DNA of 64,000 nucleotides from a virus. Position numbers and translations under genes: made by a program. Where the stretch lies: the IMG/VR virus record IMGVR_UViG_3300040815_002027; one strand, written 5' to 3'. The notes beneath the pieces are model-generated. The model was given only the letters and a program-made list of their open reading frames with translations. It searched no databases and was not told the origin of the DNA. This document shows positions 59,538 to 64,000 of this stretch, piece after piece; position 1 is the first letter of the stretch, and every line of letters begins with the position of its first letter.

Positions 59538-59567
59538 TACTCTCGTTTATATTTATAGTAAAAGCTA

Positions 59568-60062
59568 ATGAAACTTACAAAACTTTTAGAGACAGTTAGG
59601 GAAGATTTCGTAAATGAAGATATTAACCGTGATAAGTCAAGGAAAGTGTTGTTTGTTGATGGACACGGGAAACAAATTGTTTACGATGATGGTGCTTTTA
59701 GGATTGCTGTTGATGATAAAGATGATGCACTATATGTAACTTTATGGCATAAAGAAGATGTGAAAGGTAAAGAGTATTGGGTTAAACGTGGGTACATAGA
59801 TGCTTGGAAGAGTAAAATGAACTTTAAAGATAGAAGTGGTACTTATTTATCTATTCGTTCAATAGAAATTGAGAATAAATATAGAAATAAGGGGTACGGC
59901 ACAAAGTTATACAAAGCTCTATTTGATTTTTCAGCAAATGATGTTAAAGGTGTTTATTCTTACTTACCAAATAGGGTTAATAAAAAACAAGTGCCTAAAA
60001 TATATAATAAATTAGGTGCTATTACTGATGGTGATTACCAATTTATTGAGTTTAGTAATTAG
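59568..60062 (+). CDS. GNAT acetyltransferase
   Basis: YRNKGYGTKLY acetyl-CoA motif, Y.KLG. Confidence 0.75.
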   Translation: MKLTKLLETVREDFVNEDINRDKSRKVLFVDGHGKQIVYDDGAFRIAVDDKDDALYVTLWHKEDVKGKEYWVKRGYIDAWKSKMNFKDRSGTYLSIRSIEIENKYRNKGYGTKLYKALFDFSANDVKGVYSYLPNRVNKKQVPKIYNKLGAITDGDYQFIEFSN

Positions 60063-60110
60063 TGATAAAACAAAAGTATTTAAAATATTAATTAATTAAA
60101 AGTTACAAAA

Positions 60111-62059
60111 ATGAATTACAAAGGTTTTGATGTACAGATTGAGATTAAGCAGTACAAAAATGGGGGAGATGCTATCTATCTAATAGATAAGCAGGACCAT
60201 TCACCAGTAGCAGTAGCAACAAGTTGGATTGAAGGTTTAGAACCTGATGAGTTAGCCATTAAAGATTATAGTGAGAATGAAGGTATATATAGATGGTTAG
60301 TAGACAATAATATTGTTACTCCATCCGTTAGAATGCTTTATGGATTTCCTATTTGTAAATTAGTTAACAATTAAATAAAAAAAGTTATGGAAAAGCAAAT
60401 TAAAAACTTAATCGAATTAGCAGAGCAGTATTACCAATATGCCATAGAAGAAGATTTCCCAAGTGGACACACCTGGTTACAGACAGACTATGGGGAGGTT
60501 GGGGTATACTTATCCACTTACAGTAGAAGAGATTACTCAGTGAAATTCGATGGCGAAGTGGAGGTTGCAGGATATGCAAATAGAATAGCAATGGGATTTA
60601 CTGCCACTTCAGAAACTTTAGAGAAATTATATAATAACTTTTCAAAATATCTTAAAACTGAAAAAGATAAGATTCAAGAACAAGTAGCAGTCCAAAGAGC
60701 TGAGAAGATAAAAAATTTGGAAGAAGAACTATCAAGATTAAAAAACTTATGAATAGGTTCACTTTCTTAAAAGTCTATAACTCTCCATTTAAGCCATTCC
60801 TACCTAAGTTATATATAGGTAGGATGACTATTGGAGTACCTTACTTTTATTCTCGTAAAAAAGTAGGGTTTGACCTTGTAGGCTTAGGTTATAAGACAAA
60901 GTGGTCAGATACTGACTATAGGTTCGAGTATAATCCTATATGGTCATTTACATTTTATAAGTGGCAGATTGCTTTAATCTTTGCACCTATTGAATGTAAC
61001 TATTATTGGCAGGCTTGGTTGTACTACTTTTACAATACTAAAGGTACGAAGGAAGAAAGGATAAGAGAATGTAAGAAGGAGTATCCACTTAAAATTACAG
61101 TAAGTGGTGTAAAGGATGGGAGGAGGTATGAGTATAGTTACGATGCGTATGATAAAGTTTTAAAATCGTAAAAATTATGGAAAACGAAGAAGTAAAAAAC
61201 AACGAAAAATATTCAATACCAATCTATGAGAATGGTGTGAAAACTGAATGGACTATTGATGGTGTAATAGGTGATGAAAAATATTTTGAGTTGTTGAAAT
61301 ATGGAAATGGTAAAGATTTACCTGATATGGTTAATGTTGGCGTAAAGAAATAATTTTTATATTTTATAACTTTTTGTTAATTCAAGTTTTTAAACATAAA
61401 ATTATGGAAAGAAATATAAGCGAAACACCCGAAAAATGGGTAATATTAAAACTACCAAATAATTACTATAAAGTTTTTGGAACTTGGGCTGGTGGTTATT
61501 TATATGGTGACAGATATAGATTAAATTCTGGAATTAGTAAAGTAGAACAAGACGAAAACTTTTATTATTTTATTGGATTTAGTGGAAGTTGCTATAAGTG
61601 TCACAAAAAAGGATATGGAACAGCGACATCTTACGGGTTAGGTGTTTTAAATAAAATAATAGAACAAGGAAACGGACAGATTGAGTTAATGGAAGATGCT
61701 GACGATTGGATAAATGTGGTATAACTATTTATTAATTAAAGTTTTAAACCTATCGAAATCGATGCCTTTAATAAATTACTAACAATTAAATTTTTAAAAT
61801 TATGAAAATGTATTATTACAATCCAAACAATTATAGTGCTGAATTTTTCGTTATGGCTGAAAACAAAACAAAAGCACATGAATACTTATTAAAACATTTA
61901 GAAAATAAGATTGTATCTGAAAGTTGCTATGCTGAGATGTATCAAGAAGATTTAGAAATATGGAAAAAAGTAAATCCCTTGGATATTAAAACATTTCCAG
62001 GTAAATATACTTTGGATGAACATGAAATTGGTTCAGTTATCGAATCTGAAATTGCTTAG
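60111..62059 (+). CDS. Six small hypothetical ORFs (60111, 60387, 60749, 61177-61353, 61404, 61802)
   Basis: + strand ORFs with A-rich leaders, several followed by the AACTATTTGTTAATCCAAG repeat. Confidence 0.6.
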
Positions 62060-62154
62060 TGGTTGCACTTTCGTAGCATTGTGTATAACTATTTGTTAAT
62101 CCAAGGTTTTAAACCCATCGAAATTAAGGGGTTTGTAAATTAAAAACAGATAAA

Positions 62155-62460
62155 ATGGAATTAAAAAGAGTTATTGAAACATTAGAAAAACATCAAGAGT
62201 GGAGGCGTGACCAAAACGTACCACCAAAAGTAGAAATGCAAAGCCCTATTGAAATAGGAGCAGCTATTGATTATGCAATAAGCGAGTTAAAAAAATTGCG
62301 TTTATCTGATGTTGTAAAATCGTTGCCTAAAGACACAGACGGATGCAATATAAACAGTGTTAGCAACTATTTTCACTGCCAAAGAGAAGAAGAGATGGAA
62401 AGTAAATGTCAAACACAATGTGAACACTGTAAAGAATATTACAAACCATTAGAGCAATAA
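62155..62460 (+). CDS. Hypothetical mosaic protein spanning GTT junctions
   Basis: ORF; internal GATGTTGTA and AGTGTTAGC read as DVV and SVS. Confidence 0.55.
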   Translation: MELKRVIETLEKHQEWRRDQNVPPKVEMQSPIEIGAAIDYAISELKKLRLSDVVKSLPKDTDGCNINSVSNYFHCQREEEMESKCQTQCEHCKEYYKPLEQ

Positions 62461-62466
62461 TATTAC

Positions 62467-62529
62467 TGCCAACGTTTTGGCTATGTGCCGTATGACGATA
62501 GGAATATGGACATATAGCCGTTGTTGTGC
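62467..62529. repeat. attC-like stem-loop
   Basis: TGCCAAC, 5 nt, GGCTATGTGCCGTAT...ATATGGACATATAGCC (one bulged A), 3 nt, GTTGTGC. Confidence 0.7.
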
Positions 62530-62563
62530 ATAGTAGCGGATTAATTAACTAAAGTTTGAATAA

Positions 62564-62749
62564 ATGAAATTACAATTCTTAACAATCGAAATTGATGGAA
62601 AATGCTTTGACTTACCAAAGGATATGCAGATTCCGCAGAAAGGTAGCACTGTATTTATTGAGGGTAAAACAGGGATAGTTGAAAACATTCACTACCATAT
62701 AGTAGACGGAAAAGTACACATGATAAGCATTTTTGCTACGAAAGGGTAG
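62564..62749 (+). CDS. Hypothetical protein enclosed by 15-bp inverted repeats
   Basis: GTTGTGCATAGTAGC (62523) / GCTATTATGCACAAC (62749). Confidence 0.65.
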   Translation: MKLQFLTIEIDGKCFDLPKDMQIPQKGSTVFIEGKTGIVENIHYHIVDGKVHMISIFATKG

Positions 62750-62804
62750 CTATTATGCACAACTATTTGTTAATCCAAGTTATTAAGATAAAAAACAATA
62801 AAAG

Positions 62805-62966
62805 ATGAAAAAGTACAGAATTACAATTAGAACCAGTTTTGGGTCATTTGAGATTGATGACATTGAAGCACAAGATGAGGATGAGGCATTTGATAAGGCT
62901 TGTGAAGAGGCTAAAAAAGAAATTGATTGTGCAAAACTGGATGAAGTTTATGAGTACGATTCTTAA
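62805..62966 (+). CDS. Small acidic protein (53 aa, not in ORF track)
   Basis: MKKYRITIRTSFGSFEIDDIEAQDEDEAFDKA... Confidence 0.65.
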   Translation: MKKYRITIRTSFGSFEIDDIEAQDEDEAFDKACEEAKKEIDCAKLDEVYEYDS

Positions 62967-63018
62967 TGGTGCATAACGGTACAGTATAACAGTAGTGCGG
63001 ATAATTAAAAACAATAAT

Positions 63019-63225
63019 ATGGATAAGTACACGAAAAAAGCGGTGTTTAGTTACTTAAAGAAGTATGACCACATAGCAAACGAAGAGGACTTTATAGAAG
63101 TTACTGAATGGAAAAACGGTGAAGGATTTGATGTAGAGATAGTTGGAAAATTAAGTACAAGGTTTCAATTAACTTGGGGTGAATACACCGCTTTGAAGAA
63201 GTTGGTTAAAAAACTTGATGGTTAG
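63019..63225 (+). CDS. Hypothetical protein enclosed by 15-bp inverted repeats
   Basis: GTATAACAGTAGTGC (62984) / GCATTACTGTTATAC (63225); EVTEW.NGEG.D motif. Confidence 0.65.
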   Translation: MDKYTKKAVFSYLKKYDHIANEEDFIEVTEWKNGEGFDVEIVGKLSTRFQLTWGEYTALKKLVKKLDG

Positions 63226-63323
63226 CATTACTGTTATACATTGTTGTAGTGTCGTTTTAATGCACTACAACGGCTACAGGTATGGCAATGTAATTTTACG
63301 GATTTGAAACACGGAAATTAATT

Positions 63324-63560
63324 ATGGACAAGATAGATAGATTAAAGCAATTACTTCTGACACACAGAACAGAAGATATAAGCAAATTAACATTTGAAGA
63401 AAGGATTGATTTTGACGATGCGTTTGCACAAGAGATAGTAAAATTATTTGCTATACCTGATGTTATAGAGCCGAAGGGAAAGTTAAAATGCGAATGTAAA
63501 GATGAGTGGATGGAAGATGTTATTTATGTTCAGTGTAGTAAGTGTGGTGAAAAGTACTAA
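63324..63560 (+). CDS. Hypothetical protein with C-terminal Zn ribbon, fused across an IR junction
   Basis: KLFAIPDVI encoded by IR arm plus GTT core; CEC...CSKCG. Confidence 0.6.
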   Translation: MDKIDRLKQLLLTHRTEDISKLTFEERIDFDDAFAQEIVKLFAIPDVIEPKGKLKCECKDEWMEDVIYVQCSKCGEKY

Positions 63561-63615
63561 CGCATTTTAATTCTCTATAACTATTTGTTAATCCAAGTTA
63601 TAAAAATAAGGAACA

Positions 63616-63984
63616 TTGGCAAATAAAAATAAAGACCTTAAATTAGTAAAAGTTGGTACTGTTCGAAAACATATGGATGCGCATTTTAGAGATGAAATCA
63701 GCTACTCTGAAGCAGTTAATAGAATAAATAAAGAAGCAAATAAAAATATGAGAAATATGAAAGCAAAATTAACATTTATACTGCCAGAAGATAGGTACGA
63801 ATATGACATGGCAGTCAATGGAAGCAATTGGCATCACGTTGCTTGGGAGATGTACCAATACTTGAGAGGCAAAACTAAATATGCACCAGATGATGCTCAT
63901 GAGGAGTACACTCAAGCAATGTCTGATTGTAAGGATAAGTTGTTTGAAATTATGCGAGAAAACGGAGTAGATTTTGACTTATGA
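63616..63984 (+). CDS. Hypothetical protein (start uncertain)
   Basis: ORF with TTG start; internal MKAKLTF.LPED module. Confidence 0.5.
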   Translation: MANKNKDLKLVKVGTVRKHMDAHFRDEISYSEAVNRINKEANKNMRNMKAKLTFILPEDRYEYDMAVNGSNWHHVAWEMYQYLRGKTKYAPDDAHEEYTQAMSDCKDKLFEIMRENGVDFDL

Positions 63985-64000
63985 GAAAATCAAAGTTTGA

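Larger units (their letters stand above)
58311..63597 (+). repeat. Dispersed intergenic repeat (T/C)AACTATTTGTTAATCCAAG
   Basis: Exact copies at 62086, 62760, 63578; variants at 58311, 58351, 61367, 61722. Confidence 0.85.

Noticed and set aside
1024-63032. Other minus-strand ORFs in the track
   Set aside because: They overlap well-supported + strand genes and show no motifs; the window is essentially unidirectional.
1-64000. Stop-codon recoding, tRNA genes, integrase
   Set aside because: Conserved genes are full length in code 11 and TAG ends several genes at proper boundaries; no tRNA cloverleaf or tyrosine recombinase was recognised by eye.

Overview
This 64 kb window is part of a large, AT-rich, contractile-tailed (T4-like module order) phage. 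Nearly all genes lie on the + strand and use the standard code. A Bacteroidota host is inferred from TAnnTTTG-type promoters, A-rich leaders without obvious SD sites, and DUF4494/DUF4230-like genes. Gene order: neck/tail/baseplate (0.2-13.5 kb); replication and nucleotide metabolism (13.5-29.8 kb: two PolA-family genes, SSB, RecA, 5'-3' exonuclease, helicases, NrdB, intein-containing NrdA, Cas4-like nuclease); a ~9.7 kb glycosyl/methyltransferase cluster; then accessory genes. Main highlight (52.7-54.9 kb): a 428-aa TnpB/Cas12f-like RuvC nuclease with an intact D-E-D triad. It is followed by a candidate promoter, a ~200-nt structured omegaRNA-like RNA ending in an anti-repeat, and an 11-repeat CRISPR array (36-nt repeats, 30-nt spacers), with no cas1/cas2 or tnpA in the window. 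This looks like a phage-borne TnpB-to-Cas12 intermediate mini-CRISPR system. Second highlight (58-63.6 kb): small ORFs sit inside alternating inverted-repeat units joined at AAC/GTT cores, an attC/integron-like cassette architecture with a recurring junction sequence. All family assignments come from motif recognition by eye; no searches were run.
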